64,000 bases of DNA, from contig CBDCJH010000002.1 of assembly GCA_965217775.1 (NCBI GenBank), positions 4,768,001 to 4,832,000 of the forward strand. The letters are read 5' to 3'. The notes beneath the pieces were generated by a model. That model worked only from the letters and a program-made list of their open reading frames with translations. It was not told the DNA's origin and did not search any database. A program made the translations under genes and the position numbers. Below are positions 42,064-51,992 of this stretch, piece after piece (position 1 is the first letter of the stretch; each line of letters begins with the position of its first letter). The stretch is from Acidobacteriota bacterium (GTDB taxonomy: Bacteria; Acidobacteriota; UBA6911; RPQK01; JAJDTT01).

Positions 42064-42109
42064 TCGCCGTCCCAAACGGCGGGTCATTGCCAATACCAGA
42101 CGCAAGCCG

Positions 42110-43447
42110 ATGAAGGGTAGCCGGTTCCGAGTGGCCATCGTCGGACGGCCCAACGTGGGAAAGTCCACTCTCTTCAATCGTCTGACGCGGACCCGCCGTG
42201 CTCTGGTGGACCGTCAACCGGGAATGACCCGGGACCGGATCTGCGGGATGGCCAAGTGGGACGGCCGCAGTTTCGAAGTCATGGACACGGGCGGCATCAC
42301 GCCCGGTGACCGGGAACACATTCCCGAGCAGGTTCTCCGCCAGGTGGAGATCGCCATCCGGGAGGCGGACCTCATCCTCCTGGTGGTGGACGTTCGAGAC
42401 GGCCTCCATCCCCTCGACCAGAGTCTGTGCGCCATGCTCAGGGCACGAGGCAGTGAGCCCCTGTTGGTGGTCAACAAGGTGGAGACTCTCCGCATGGAGA
42501 CGGAGGCGCTCCAGTTCCATGCTCTGGGCCTGAGGCATCTGTTCCCGGTTTCCGCCGAGCACAATCTGCAATTGACGCCTCTGATCGAGGAGATTCTGAG
42601 CCGATTCCCCGAAGCCGTTTCGGGCGCTCCCGAAGCCGAAGAGATCCGGGTCGCCATCGTGGGACGCCCCAATGTGGGCAAGTCCTCTCTGCTGAACCGA
42701 ATCGTGGGAGAAGAACGCTCCATTGTGACCTCCATCCCCGGAACGACTCGGGATGCCGTGGACACGCTGGTTCAAGTGGCGGATCAACGGTACCGATTCG
42801 TCGACACTGCGGGAATTCGAAGAAAGAGCAAGACGGTGGAGGTTGCCGAGAAGCTGAGCGTGATCATGGCTCGCAAGAACCTGGAGCGGGCCGACGTGGC
42901 GCTGCTGGTGCTGGATGCCTCCGACCCCCCCGGCACTCTCGACACAATCATCGGCAGATACGCCCAGGACGCGGGCGCCTCCATTCTGATTACGGCCAAC
43001 AAGTCCGACCTGATGCCGTCCGATGCGGAAACTCGGGCGGCCATGGCCGCAGCCTATCGGGACCGGATGCGGGCCCTGGTTTTCGCGCCCCTGTTCTTCG
43101 TGTCGGCGAAGACGGGAAGCGGCGTCTCCAGGATCTTCGCCCAGGTGGACGGAGCCTACGAGGGCCGGATGATCCGGGTCGTGACCTCCGAATTGAACGT
43201 CTACCTGGAACGGCATGTGGCCACGGCCCTGGCTCCGGAGGGCAGCGGCAGAAAGTCGCGCTTGAAGTACGCCTGTCAAGTGGCGACGGCTCCTCCCACC
43301 TTCGTCTTTTTCACTCGGGGGTCGAAAAAGCTGGATCTTCCCACCCGGCGGTATCTGGCCCGCCGACTCCGGGAGAAATACCATTTTCACGCCACGCCGA
43401 TCCGGATCCTGCAACGTTCCGGGAGGAGGAGAGAGGAGCTATCTTGA
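42110..43447 (+). CDS. der: ribosome biogenesis GTPase Der (EngA)
   Basis: Two GRPNVGKS G-domains, DTGG/DTAG, C-terminal KH-like domain. Confidence 0.96.
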   Translation: MKGSRFRVAIVGRPNVGKSTLFNRLTRTRRALVDRQPGMTRDRICGMAKWDGRSFEVMDTGGITPGDREHIPEQVLRQVEIAIREADLILLVVDVRDGLHPLDQSLCAMLRARGSEPLLVVNKVETLRMETEALQFHALGLRHLFPVSAEHNLQLTPLIEEILSRFPEAVSGAPEAEEIRVAIVGRPNVGKSSLLNRIVGEERSIVTSIPGTTRDAVDTLVQVADQRYRFVDTAGIRRKSKTVEVAEKLSVIMARKNLERADVALLVLDASDPPGTLDTIIGRYAQDAGASILITANKSDLMPSDAETRAAMAAAYRDRMRALVFAPLFFVSAKTGSGVSRIFAQVDGAYEGRMIRVVTSELNVYLERHVATALAPEGSGRKSRLKYACQVATAPPTFVFFTRGSKKLDLPTRRYLARRLREKYHFHATPIRILQRSGRRREELS

Positions 43448-43473
43448 CACCCGAAAAAAGGCGTGCCTATGAT
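43444..43473 (+). promoter_or_regulatory. sigma70 promoter for ihf-merR
   Basis: TTGACA-18 nt-TATGAT. Confidence 0.65.
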
Positions 43474-43513
43474 GATCCGCAGCTTGTGACACCGTCCCCG
43501 TAGCAGGTATCTC

Positions 43514-43780
43514 ATGGTCAAAGCGGATCTGGCTCGTTCGGTCTATGAGGCCCACGGCGGTTTGACTCATCAAGAGTCGAAAGAGATGGTCAAGCTCATC
43601 CTCGACAGCATCAAATCCGAGTTGCTCCGTGGAGAAAATGTGAAGTTGTCCGGTTTCGGGTCGTTCCGCGTGATTTCATTGAAGGCTCGACGCGGTCGCA
43701 ATCCCCAAACCCGAGCCCAGATGCAGCTTGGGCCAAGTCGACGCGTGACATTTCGCCCTTCACGCCTGATCAACGTGTGA
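43514..43780 (+). CDS. ihfA: integration host factor alpha / HU-family protein
   Basis: [23 protein letters not shown]; ihfA-merR-tRNA-Pro synteny. Confidence 0.8.
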   Translation: MVKADLARSVYEAHGGLTHQESKEMVKLILDSIKSELLRGENVKLSGFGSFRVISLKARRGRNPQTRAQMQLGPSRRVTFRPSRLINV

Positions 43781-43790
43781 CTCCATCCTG

Positions 43791-44213
43791 ATGGCCCGAA
43801 AAGGGAAGCTCTTTTACAAGATCGGGGAAGTCTGCAAAATCTGCGACGTTCCCGCTCACGTCCTGCGTTACTGGGAGACCGAATTCCCGCCGCTGGCCCC
43901 CAACAAGAACCGCTCCGGACAACGCATCTTTCGGGAGAAAGACGTGCAACTGGTGGCCGAGATCAAGCGGCTTCTGTACGAAGAGGGATACACCATCGCC
44001 GGAGCCCGCAAGCAGCTCCGCCGAAACGGTGCAAACTTGCGGGCGACGCTCCTGTTTGCCGGACCCGATGGCAACTCTCCCAAGAAACTTCTGACCCAGA
44101 TCCGGGGTGAACTTCAGGACCTGATGAAACTTCTGGACCAGAATCTCGAAACCTCCCACTCGCGGGCGGCGAATCGGGCCCAGCCCACCGGCAACGACGA
44201 GAACGGCGGTTAA
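43791..44213 (+). CDS. MerR-family transcriptional regulator
   Basis: YKIGEV...[10 protein letters not shown]...[12 protein letters not shown]. Confidence 0.9.
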   Translation: MARKGKLFYKIGEVCKICDVPAHVLRYWETEFPPLAPNKNRSGQRIFREKDVQLVAEIKRLLYEEGYTIAGARKQLRRNGANLRATLLFAGPDGNSPKKLLTQIRGELQDLMKLLDQNLETSHSRAANRAQPTGNDENGG

Positions 44214-44260
44214 CCCGAATTTCGCGGATCCCTTGGCCGAGCAGCCATAGTCGAGCCCCG

Positions 44261-44300
44261 TTCGATTGCCGTGACGGCTCTCGCCAGGGACTGTTATACT
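44261..44300 (+). promoter_or_regulatory. degenerate MITE-A end fused to the tRNA-Pro promoter
   Basis: TTCGATTGCCGTGACGGCTCTCGCCAGGGACTGT-TATACT versus MITE end GTCGAATGCCGTGACGACTTTTGCCACGGGCTGT-TAAT. Confidence 0.6.
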
Positions 44301-44317
44301 GGCCATCTTCCACCGGT

Positions 44318-44394
44318 CGGGACGTGGCGCAGTCTGGTAGCGCACCTGAATGGGGTTCAGGGGGTCGGGAGTTCGAATCTCCCCGTCCCGACCA
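44318..44394 (+). tRNA. tRNA-Pro(GGG)
   Basis: CGGGACGTGGCGCAG...CCTGA AT GGG GT TCAGG...GTTCGAATC...CCA. Confidence 0.95.
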
Positions 44395-44482
44395 GCATTT
44401 TAGGAGTCATCTCGAGCGGCGGCCCGCGAGTTGCACGGGTTGTCCCCGTCACGGCTCCGATCCTCCGGGTTGGAGGAGCTAG

Positions 44483-46882
44483 ATGCCTTCCGGAGTCCGG
44501 GCCCCTGAATCACCTTCTGATAGTTCGACCGCGTCCCGCCAACGGCCGGAAACGGAATCGCTCTCCCCGGAGATCCCAACCCGTCTGACGTCCGCTCGCC
44601 GATCCTTCCTTTCGCGCCTGCTTGCGGGAACTTCACTCTGGGTCCTGGGAGGTGGCGCCCGAGCGATCCGGAAGGCCGGCGCGACGACTCCCGCCTCCGA
44701 TAACGACGAAGATGTCTTTGCCTACATCGCACGTTCGAAAGGACGATTCGACCCGGCGCTCTACCGGCAAATGCTCGGCTCCGCCAACGATTTCAAGGAA
44801 GGAGACCACGCCGTCGGCGTGGCTGCACTCGACGACCGGTCGCGAGCCCAAGCCCGTGCCCTGCTGGCAAACACGCGCATCGGTGACCTGATCGATCACC
44901 CGGTCTTCGAAGACTCGGTTTCGTCGTACATCGGCAAGGTCGTTGAGCGTGAGATCACCCGATCCCTCGCCGGCTGGACGCTGGCCGATCTGAAACGCTT
45001 CCTGCTCGAGAACGAAGAAGACGCCATCAAGGGCATCATGCCCGGTCTGCCCAGCGACATCATCGGCTGCGTCGTCAAGCTGATGAGCAACGAGGAACTG
45101 ATCAAAGTCGGGCAAAAGGTCTTCAATCCGCTGCCCCACTCCAACCTCGGCGCCAAAGGGTACATGGGCGCCCGCATTCAACCGAATTCGCCCACGGACA
45201 ACGTCGACGACATCCGATGGCAGGTCTTCGACGGGTGGTCCTACGCCGTCGGAGACGTCGTGCTGGGAACCAACCCGGTCTCCAGCGAGGTCGCTTCGGT
45301 CGCCTCCATTCAAGACGCCCTGGCCGAAATCCTGCAGGTGTTCGGCCTGGAAGACGCCTTGCCCCATTGCGTGCTCTCCCATGTCGACGTACAGGCCGCG
45401 GTTGAACGCCAGGACGCCGGATCGACGGCGATCTGGTTCCAGAGCCTCGGCGGCGTCGCGGACGCCAATACGACCTTCGATCTTTCGGTCGAGAAAATGG
45501 TGTCCCACGCCGAGCGGCGGACCGGAAAGTACGGTTTCTACTTTGAGACGGGACAAGGCGCCGATGCCACCAACGGTCACGGCAAGGGCTTCGACATGGT
45601 CATCCACGAGGCGCGCAAATACGGGTTCGCCCGGGCCCTGGTGCACGAGGTGGCCAAGGCGCAACGCGACGCCGGGCGCAGACCGGCGCCTTGGGTGCAT
45701 CTGAACGACGTGGCCGGATTCATCGGGCCGGAGATCTTCCGGACGCGCGAGCAGCTCGTTCGCTGCTGCCTGGAGGACACGGTCATGGGCAAGCTTCACG
45801 GTCTTCCCATCGGCCTCGACATCTGCTCGACGCTGCACATGGACATCGACCTGGACGACCTCAACTGGTGCATCGAGCAGGTGATGCCGGCGAATCCGGC
45901 CTATCTGATGGCGCTGCCGACCAAGAACGACCCCATGTTGAGCTACCTGACCACGGGGTTCCTGGATCACGTCCGGGTCCGCGAGAAATTCGGGTTCAAA
46001 GTCAACGACGTGATGTGGCGTTTCTTTCAGTCCCTGAAGGTGATCGACTCGAAGGGCAGGCCCACGGAGCATTTCGGCCGGCCGACGTGGGTCTATCTTC
46101 AGTATCTGCGGGCCAAGGGCGACCAGCGCCCGGACCGGGAGATCCTGGCCGAGGGCAGGCGCCGGATCGCGGAGATCCGGGAACGCGGCGTGTTCATCTC
46201 GGAGGGGCACGGGAAGAACACGTGGGAGCTGGAGCCTCGGCTCCGGAAGAAAATCCGGTATCTCTACCAGGATTCCAAGGAGTGTATCCGGGCCGAACTG
46301 CCGAAAGACTTCGAGAGCCGGCTTCCCTCGGCGATCATGGTGGGAAGCCGGTCCAGGGACCGCGACGACTACATCCTGCATCCCCCCACCGGAGAGGAAT
46401 TGGATGCCGCCTCGACGTCGATCATTCGCCGTCTCGCCAAAGACCGCGGCGACCGCTACGACGTGCAACTGGTCATCTCCGACGGCTTGAACGTCTACTC
46501 GCTCACCGATGACGGCCACTTGAATCCCTACCTGACGGCTCTTCGCGCCCGCCTCGAAGCCGCAGGCCATGAGGTGGCGCCCGAGCACATCGTGGTGCGG
46601 AACGGGCGGGTTCGCGCGGGATACCGTATCGGCGAGATGCTCTTCGGGAATCTACAGGGGCCGGACCGCAGACGCGCGATCCTGCACGTTATCGGCGAGA
46701 GGCCCGGATCGGGACATCACGCCTTCTCCGTCTACATGACCCGTTCACCGGTCCGCACCTGGGTCCAGGCCGGTGTCACCGACCACAACGTCACCAAAGT
46801 GGTTTCCGGAATTGCGGACACGGCATTGGACCCGGTGACGGCGGCCGCAAACACCGTGAGGATCCTGTCACGGACAGCGTAG
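44483..46882 (+). CDS. eutB: fused ethanolamine ammonia-lyase EutB-EutC with Tat-like signal
   Basis: EutB motifs ARIQPN, GTNPVS, YFETGQG, VAGFIGPE, MGKLHG; EutC motifs VISDGL, GRVRAG, IGERPG; N-terminal ARRSFL. Confidence 0.88.
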   Translation: MPSGVRAPESPSDSSTASRQRPETESLSPEIPTRLTSARRSFLSRLLAGTSLWVLGGGARAIRKAGATTPASDNDEDVFAYIARSKGRFDPALYRQMLGSANDFKEGDHAVGVAALDDRSRAQARALLANTRIGDLIDHPVFEDSVSSYIGKVVEREITRSLAGWTLADLKRFLLENEEDAIKGIMPGLPSDIIGCVVKLMSNEELIKVGQKVFNPLPHSNLGAKGYMGARIQPNSPTDNVDDIRWQVFDGWSYAVGDVVLGTNPVSSEVASVASIQDALAEILQVFGLEDALPHCVLSHVDVQAAVERQDAGSTAIWFQSLGGVADANTTFDLSVEKMVSHAERRTGKYGFYFETGQGADATNGHGKGFDMVIHEARKYGFARALVHEVAKAQRDAGRRPAPWVHLNDVAGFIGPEIFRTREQLVRCCLEDTVMGKLHGLPIGLDICSTLHMDIDLDDLNWCIEQVMPANPAYLMALPTKNDPMLSYLTTGFLDHVRVREKFGFKVNDVMWRFFQSLKVIDSKGRPTEHFGRPTWVYLQYLRAKGDQRPDREILAEGRRRIAEIRERGVFISEGHGKNTWELEPRLRKKIRYLYQDSKECIRAELPKDFESRLPSAIMVGSRSRDRDDYILHPPTGEELDAASTSIIRRLAKDRGDRYDVQLVISDGLNVYSLTDDGHLNPYLTALRARLEAAGHEVAPEHIVVRNGRVRAGYRIGEMLFGNLQGPDRRRAILHVIGERPGSGHHAFSVYMTRSPVRTWVQAGVTDHNVTKVVSGIADTALDPVTAAANTVRILSRTA

Positions 46883-46903
46883 ACCTGGAACGAAGGGGCA
46901 GCC

Positions 46904-47818
46904 TCAACTTCGCAGCCGAAGCATCCGAGCCCCGTTGTCGTAGGTGATCCGCCTCAACATCAGGGGATCGGGAAGATACTTCTTCAGCACGTCCAACGAA
47001 CGCTGGGCGATACAGTAACCGCGCGGGTAGGTCGCTCCCTTGCCGTCGTGGCAGTAGCAGTCGCTCCCCCAGAGCAGCTTGCGCGAGTGCCGGGCGACGA
47101 AATCGGCGGCGAAGCCGGGATCCCGGCTGAGGGAGTTGAGTCCCGACCCGGCCGAGAGGTCCCCGAACATGTTGGGGTAGTCGGCCAGGAGCTTGTCGCT
47201 GAGGCCTCCCTTGACGACCCGGCCCTCTCCCCTGCCGTCCCGGCTGATGTTGGCCCACCAGGTTCCCGCATGGCCCAGAAAATTCACCTGCGGATACCGC
47301 TCCAGAATTTTGTGAAACCGGTCCAGGCCGTGGTTGTGCCGGGAGCCGAAATGAAGCAGGACGGGGACTCCGTATTCCCGGGCCACTTCGTAGACCCTGC
47401 GCATGGGAGCGGAGTCGGCGTCCACTTCGAACTTCTGCTCGCCGATGCCCAGAGCTCCTTTCTCCAACTGCTGGCGCAGGGCTTGGACCGCGTCTTCCCG
47501 CTCCGGATCCACGTTGCAGAACGTGACCACCTCTTCCGGATACTTGCGGACGTGACTCCAGGCCGCTTCGTTTCCGCTGATCCTCCCATTCATCCAGCCG
47601 TCTCCCGGGAGCAGGACCGTGGTCCTGACCCGGTGGAACCTCTGGTGCCGCATCAGCGTCTCGGCCGGCCGCCGGTCGAAGTCCGGGTGCTGGTGAATGT
47701 CAAGGATGGGCAGGGGCACGGCAGCCTCGGCCCCAGTGCCGGAAGCGGCCAGCAGCGGGAGACCCAGACCGGCCCCTCCGGCCCGGCGCAACAGCTCCCG
47801 GCGATCGATCCGCATCAT
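46904..47818 (-). CDS. Tat-exported amidohydrolase family protein
   Basis: DRRELL, DIHQH, VPVLLH, FLGHA, LWGSD. Confidence 0.85.
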   Translation of the reverse strand: MMRIDRRELLRRAGGAGLGLPLLAASGTGAEAAVPLPILDIHQHPDFDRRPAETLMRHQRFHRVRTTVLLPGDGWMNGRISGNEAAWSHVRKYPEEVVTFCNVDPEREDAVQALRQQLEKGALGIGEQKFEVDADSAPMRRVYEVAREYGVPVLLHFGSRHNHGLDRFHKILERYPQVNFLGHAGTWWANISRDGRGEGRVVKGGLSDKLLADYPNMFGDLSAGSGLNSLSRDPGFAADFVARHSRKLLWGSDCYCHDGKGATYPRGYCIAQRSLDVLKKYLPDPLMLRRITYDNGARMLRLRS

Positions 47819-49383
47819 GGCGCCTGCTCTTGCCAGCCCAGACCGAAGACCCGCTCTTCTCCCGGATCGTAGAGGCAGGTCACCACGAAGAGATCCTCTA
47901 TGCGGGATCGCTCCGGTGGAATGTTGACCTGGACGTAGGTGAAACCCCGGGCGACCCAGCTGACGTAACCCTCCCGGGGAGAGACCGGCGCCGGGTGTCC
48001 GTTGACTCGAAGTTCGGAGATGCGAGCCTTGGGGTAGGGGATCCGAAGGCGCAGCGAGAGCCCGTTTTCGATCGGCCCGCTCTCCGCCTCCGGCGGGAGC
48101 TCGGATCCGTCGGCGCGGCCCGATAGCAAAAGCAGATGCGCCTTGAATTGGCCGTCCGCATCGGGATGGTCCTTCAGTGCCAACCGGATGGGACCGGCTT
48201 CGATGCTCCTGTGCTCTTCGATTCGCTGGGCGAACCGGGGGAGACTCTTGTCCGAGAGCCAGCGGCGGGCCGCACTGCCGGTGGTGGAGCAGACGAAGAG
48301 AACCATTCCCTCGGTCTGAGGATTGTTGAGTGCGGTGACGATCTGTCCCTGCTTGTTCCAGAGCTCCACCCGGGACCGGCGGCGGGCGGCGGCCGTCTCC
48401 CCATAGGCGGTGACGAAGTGGAGCTCGTTCTTGAGGATGACCCGCGTGGGGTAGCCGGGATAGTACTCCCCGGGCCAGATCTCCCGGCCGATCTCCAGCA
48501 GGCGGCGATGACGCAGGAAGCTGCTCCGTTCCCAAGCATTCTCGTTGGCGAAGGCCAGAGTGTGGTAATGCTCGTAGCCGTAGGTGGCCGCATAGTAGAG
48601 GGGCCTTCCGCTCCACAACTTGGGTCCCAGCTCCTCGAGCTCCGGGCCCCAGTAGATCCGTTCCGCATCCTGCTCCAACTCGTCGGAAGGATAGCCCTCC
48701 GCCAGCGCGGCCTGGTCCATCTGCCGGATGATCTCGTGCTTGTACGACTTCAGGGAGATGTTGGAGTAGGCCGCACCCGAGTTCTCGGCCATGATGTAAC
48801 CGCGAAACTGCATGCCGGTCCCGTGGTAGTCGGCATGGAGCTCCGCCTGGAGTTCGTCCATGAGACTCTTTGCCGCCAAGGCTTCCGGCATCTGTTCCGG
48901 GTACAGGGGTCCCTCCCGGTTCCATTCCTTGTAGGTATCCCGATTGTGGCTGTTGCGCAGGCTTCCGGCCACATAGCCGTCCGGGTTGACCACGGGCATG
49001 AAGGCGATCACCTGCCCCCGGAGAATCTCTCGAGCTCCCGGACTCCCCTTGAGCAGCCAGTCCATGAGATAGAAGATCCCGGTGGCGGCCGAACGCTCTC
49101 CACCGCAATGGAGCGCCGTGATCAGGACATGCTCCTTCTGCTCGGCAGGGGCGTCGGGATCGGTCAGGACGGCCGCCAGCAGCGGCCGGCTCTGGGCCGT
49201 GGTCCCCAGCCTCCGGAGCTTCATGATCCTGGGATAGGCCTTCTCCCATTCCAGCAGCCGGTTCTCGAGTTGGGACAAGGTGGGATGGACGGCCGGACCG
49301 AATTTGGGGCCTGACGGAGCGGCACCAAACGCCGAAAGACCGTAAAGCAGAGCTGCCAGAACCAGACCGGCGGTTTTCTTCAT
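47815..49383 (-). CDS. M14-family zinc carboxypeptidase-like exported protein
   Basis: Signal peptide; LGTTAQSRPL, LHCGGE, PVVNPDG, DYHG. Confidence 0.75.
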   Translation of the reverse strand: MKKTAGLVLAALLYGLSAFGAAPSGPKFGPAVHPTLSQLENRLLEWEKAYPRIMKLRRLGTTAQSRPLLAAVLTDPDAPAEQKEHVLITALHCGGERSAATGIFYLMDWLLKGSPGAREILRGQVIAFMPVVNPDGYVAGSLRNSHNRDTYKEWNREGPLYPEQMPEALAAKSLMDELQAELHADYHGTGMQFRGYIMAENSGAAYSNISLKSYKHEIIRQMDQAALAEGYPSDELEQDAERIYWGPELEELGPKLWSGRPLYYAATYGYEHYHTLAFANENAWERSSFLRHRRLLEIGREIWPGEYYPGYPTRVILKNELHFVTAYGETAAARRRSRVELWNKQGQIVTALNNPQTEGMVLFVCSTTGSAARRWLSDKSLPRFAQRIEEHRSIEAGPIRLALKDHPDADGQFKAHLLLLSGRADGSELPPEAESGPIENGLSLRLRIPYPKARISELRVNGHPAPVSPREGYVSWVARGFTYVQVNIPPERSRIEDLFVVTCLYDPGEERVFGLGWQEQAP

Positions 49384-49439
49384 TCTCCCCATTCTCCGCC
49401 GGAATCCACAGGAATCAGCCCGGTCGAGGGCGGACGGGG

Positions 49440-50162
49440 TCATGGACCCGGCCCTGCTTCCTCGGCGACGGCTTTCCGCCCCGTCCGTGAACCGCTCGCC
49501 ATGAACTCCAGAATCGGACCCATGGGTTGGAGACCGGCCACCGCCAGATCCGGATCGTGGGATCTCAGTTCATCGAGTCCATAGTTGCCGGTGGCGACCG
49601 CAATGGTGATCGCGCCCGCGGCGCGGCCGTGCCGGATGTCCCGGGGCGTATCGCCGATGACGAACACTTCGTCGGGAACCAGCGGAGCCGCCAATTCGCT
49701 GCCGCGGCGGATGGCTGTTCGGATCAGCTCCGTTCGATCGCCGGAGTCGGAGCCGTATCCGCCGAAGGGGAAGTAGGAGCTGAGCCCGGCCCTTTCCAGC
49801 TTCAATCGCGCCCCGGTCTCGACGTTCCCGGTGGCCAGTCCGATCAGGAAATCCGGATCCGCCGAAAGCCGGACCACCAGTTCTCGTGCCCCGGCCAGGA
49901 CTTGGAAGTTGGGGCTCCGGCGGATCTCGTCCGGCAAGATGGACAGATAGATGTCGTAGAGCTCCTGTCCGGGTTCATCGTCCAAATCATATTCGGAGAT
50001 GAGTTCCTGAATGATGAGTGGATCGGTTTTTCCGTCGAACCGAATCGAAGTCGAATCGGGCTCGATCCCATACCGAATTTGGAAGGCACGATGCAAGGAC
50101 CGGGTGCCGGCCCCTCCGGATAAGAGTAGGGTGCCGTCGATGTCGAAGAGGACCAGCCTCAT
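49440..50162 (-). CDS. HAD-family hydrolase
   Basis: LFDIDGTL, ATGN, IGDTPRD. Confidence 0.9.
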   Translation of the reverse strand: MRLVLFDIDGTLLLSGGAGTRSLHRAFQIRYGIEPDSTSIRFDGKTDPLIIQELISEYDLDDEPGQELYDIYLSILPDEIRRSPNFQVLAGARELVVRLSADPDFLIGLATGNVETGARLKLERAGLSSYFPFGGYGSDSGDRTELIRTAIRRGSELAAPLVPDEVFVIGDTPRDIRHGRAAGAITIAVATGNYGLDELRSHDPDLAVAGLQPMGPILEFMASGSRTGRKAVAEEAGPGP

Positions 50163-50250
50163 GGCGGCGATTATAGCAGTCGATGGTGAAGCCCAGACAA
50201 GGGAGAGGCTGTCCTTTCGAGCCGCGTCTTGCTCCGCATTGGACCGAAGA

Positions 50251-50275
50251 GGGCACCCACGAGGGGTGCCCCTAC
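50251..50275 (-). repeat. GTAG-type REP element
   Basis: GTAG-GGGCACCC-ctcgt-GGGTGCCC; its TAG is the stop codon of the upstream gene. Confidence 0.7.
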
Positions 50276-51228
50276 GGGTTGACCAGGTTGTCTTCGGTGG
50301 GACGCCTCCCCTCGAGCACCGCCATCATGTCCGCCGCCACCGTCTCCAGCACTCCCCGCTGGGCTCCCCACGTCGCGCTCCCCACATGGGGAGTCAAGAT
50401 CGCGCCGGGGTGGCGGAACAGGGGATGAGAGCGATCGGGCGGCTCGTCGAGGAAGACGTCGAGGGCCACGGCCTGAAGGCGGCCTGTTTCCAGGGCCTCG
50501 TAGAGCAGGTCGTGGCTTTCGATCAATGCCCCCCGCCCCAAATTGACCAGGATCGATCCCTGCTTGAAGCTCCCGATGTTCTCGGAGTTGATGAGTCCGC
50601 GCGTCGCCCGGTTCAGAGGAGCGTGCAGGGTCACGATGTCGGAACTTCCCAGCAACTCGCGCAACGGAACCGCTTCGACGCCGTGGTCCGTCATTTCACT
50701 TGGCGTGAGGTTGGGACCATTCACCAGGACCTTGCAACCGAAAGGCGCGAGCAGCCTCCGGACCTGCCTGCCGATTCGGCCGTATCCCACGATTCCCACC
50801 GTGGCCCCTTGCAGGTCCAGGTTCCGCCTCCGATAGCGGTCTCTCCATTCCCCTTCCAAGAGCACGCGGCGCCAGTGGGGGAGGTTCTTGGCGGCGGCCA
50901 GCATCAATGCGAGAGTGTGCTCCGCCACGGCCCGGGCCATGGCCCCGGGCGTATAGACCACCGGGACGCCCCGCCTGGACGCCTCCGGCACGTCCACCGT
51001 GTCGTAACCGACGCCGGCGCGCCCGATGACCCTCAGATTCGGAGCGGCTCTCATCATCTCCGCATCGATGAGAACCGGTCCCCGAGCCAGGATTCCGGCC
51101 ACCTGGGGACTCATCCGGGCCAGGACTGCGTCCCGGGTGAATTGATCAGAGAACAGAAGCGTGTAGGGAGAGAACAATTCGCGAGCCCACCCCGGCAGGG
51201 GCCCGGTGGAGGCGATCGATTCAGACAT
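50272..51228 (-). CDS. D-isomer-specific 2-hydroxyacid dehydrogenase (SerA-like)
   Basis: RAGVGYD, GYGRIG, NLGRG, LDVF.DEP, TPHVG. Confidence 0.9.
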   Translation of the reverse strand: MSESIASTGPLPGWARELFSPYTLLFSDQFTRDAVLARMSPQVAGILARGPVLIDAEMMRAAPNLRVIGRAGVGYDTVDVPEASRRGVPVVYTPGAMARAVAEHTLALMLAAAKNLPHWRRVLLEGEWRDRYRRRNLDLQGATVGIVGYGRIGRQVRRLLAPFGCKVLVNGPNLTPSEMTDHGVEAVPLRELLGSSDIVTLHAPLNRATRGLINSENIGSFKQGSILVNLGRGALIESHDLLYEALETGRLQAVALDVFLDEPPDRSHPLFRHPGAILTPHVGSATWGAQRGVLETVAADMMAVLEGRRPTEDNLVNP

Positions 51229-51264
51229 GAGCAAAATCTCGAACGGCGAGGGGAACCGGGAGGC

Positions 51265-51765
51265 TCAGGCCTCGTCCGTTCGACCGCCCAGGCGATGGTC
51301 CAACATGACCAGGGCCGCCGGATGGTCTCCGATCATCCCGAGTTGAGCCAGGATGTCCTGGATGGTCTTTTCCTCTTCCACCTGCTCCTGAACGAACCAC
51401 TGCAGCTCGACCTCGGTGGGGTAGTCCTTTTCCTCCTGAGCCAACCGATAGAGCTCATGAATGGTCCGCGTCACCGACTGCTCGTGGACCAAGGCCTCCT
51501 CGAACATGACCCGGGGAGATTCGAAATCCGACTTCGGCTCGGCGATGCTGGTGAGCCGGACCCGCCCCCCGCGGTTTTGGACATAGTCGAAAAGGCGCAT
51601 GGCATGGCCCCGCTCCTCTTCGCTCTGGGCACGCATCCAGGCGGCAAATCCGGGCAGGTTCTGCGAATCGCTGTATCCCGACATGGAGAGGTAAACATAT
51701 GAAGAGTAGAACTCACTCTGGATCTGCTGATTGAGGGCCTCTTCGATCTTTCGATTCAGACTCAT
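51265..51765 (-). CDS. ftnA: ferritin
   Basis: EFYSSYVY, EEERGHA, WFVQEQVEEE. Confidence 0.93.
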   Translation of the reverse strand: MSLNRKIEEALNQQIQSEFYSSYVYLSMSGYSDSQNLPGFAAWMRAQSEEERGHAMRLFDYVQNRGGRVRLTSIAEPKSDFESPRVMFEEALVHEQSVTRTIHELYRLAQEEKDYPTEVELQWFVQEQVEEEKTIQDILAQLGMIGDHPAALVMLDHRLGGRTDEA

Positions 51766-51992
51766 GCTTCCTCCTTAAATTGACGTGCGTTCCGGTCCTG
51801 GAGTGTCCGGTTCGTCGATCCGCCGCTGTGAGCCCCGTTCGAAGCACCCGGCAATGGGACGGCCAAGACTCGCAGGCGCCTTTATGATGACACAGAAGGG
51901 GGATCCGTTCGCCGGTCGAATACCGCAACGATTTCTGTCACAGGCTGCTAAAATACCGGTGGCTGGCGGCAAGCTTCTTCGGAATCGGGACG

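Noticed and set aside
44318-46900. eutBC as an island integrated at tRNA-Pro
   Set aside because: No duplicated tRNA 3' end or integrase was found by eye; adjacency alone is insufficient
46904-49249. 781-aa ORF as a fusion protein
   Set aside because: The N-terminal 477 aa are an out-of-frame shadow of the M14 gene; the real protein starts at 47818 with a Tat motif
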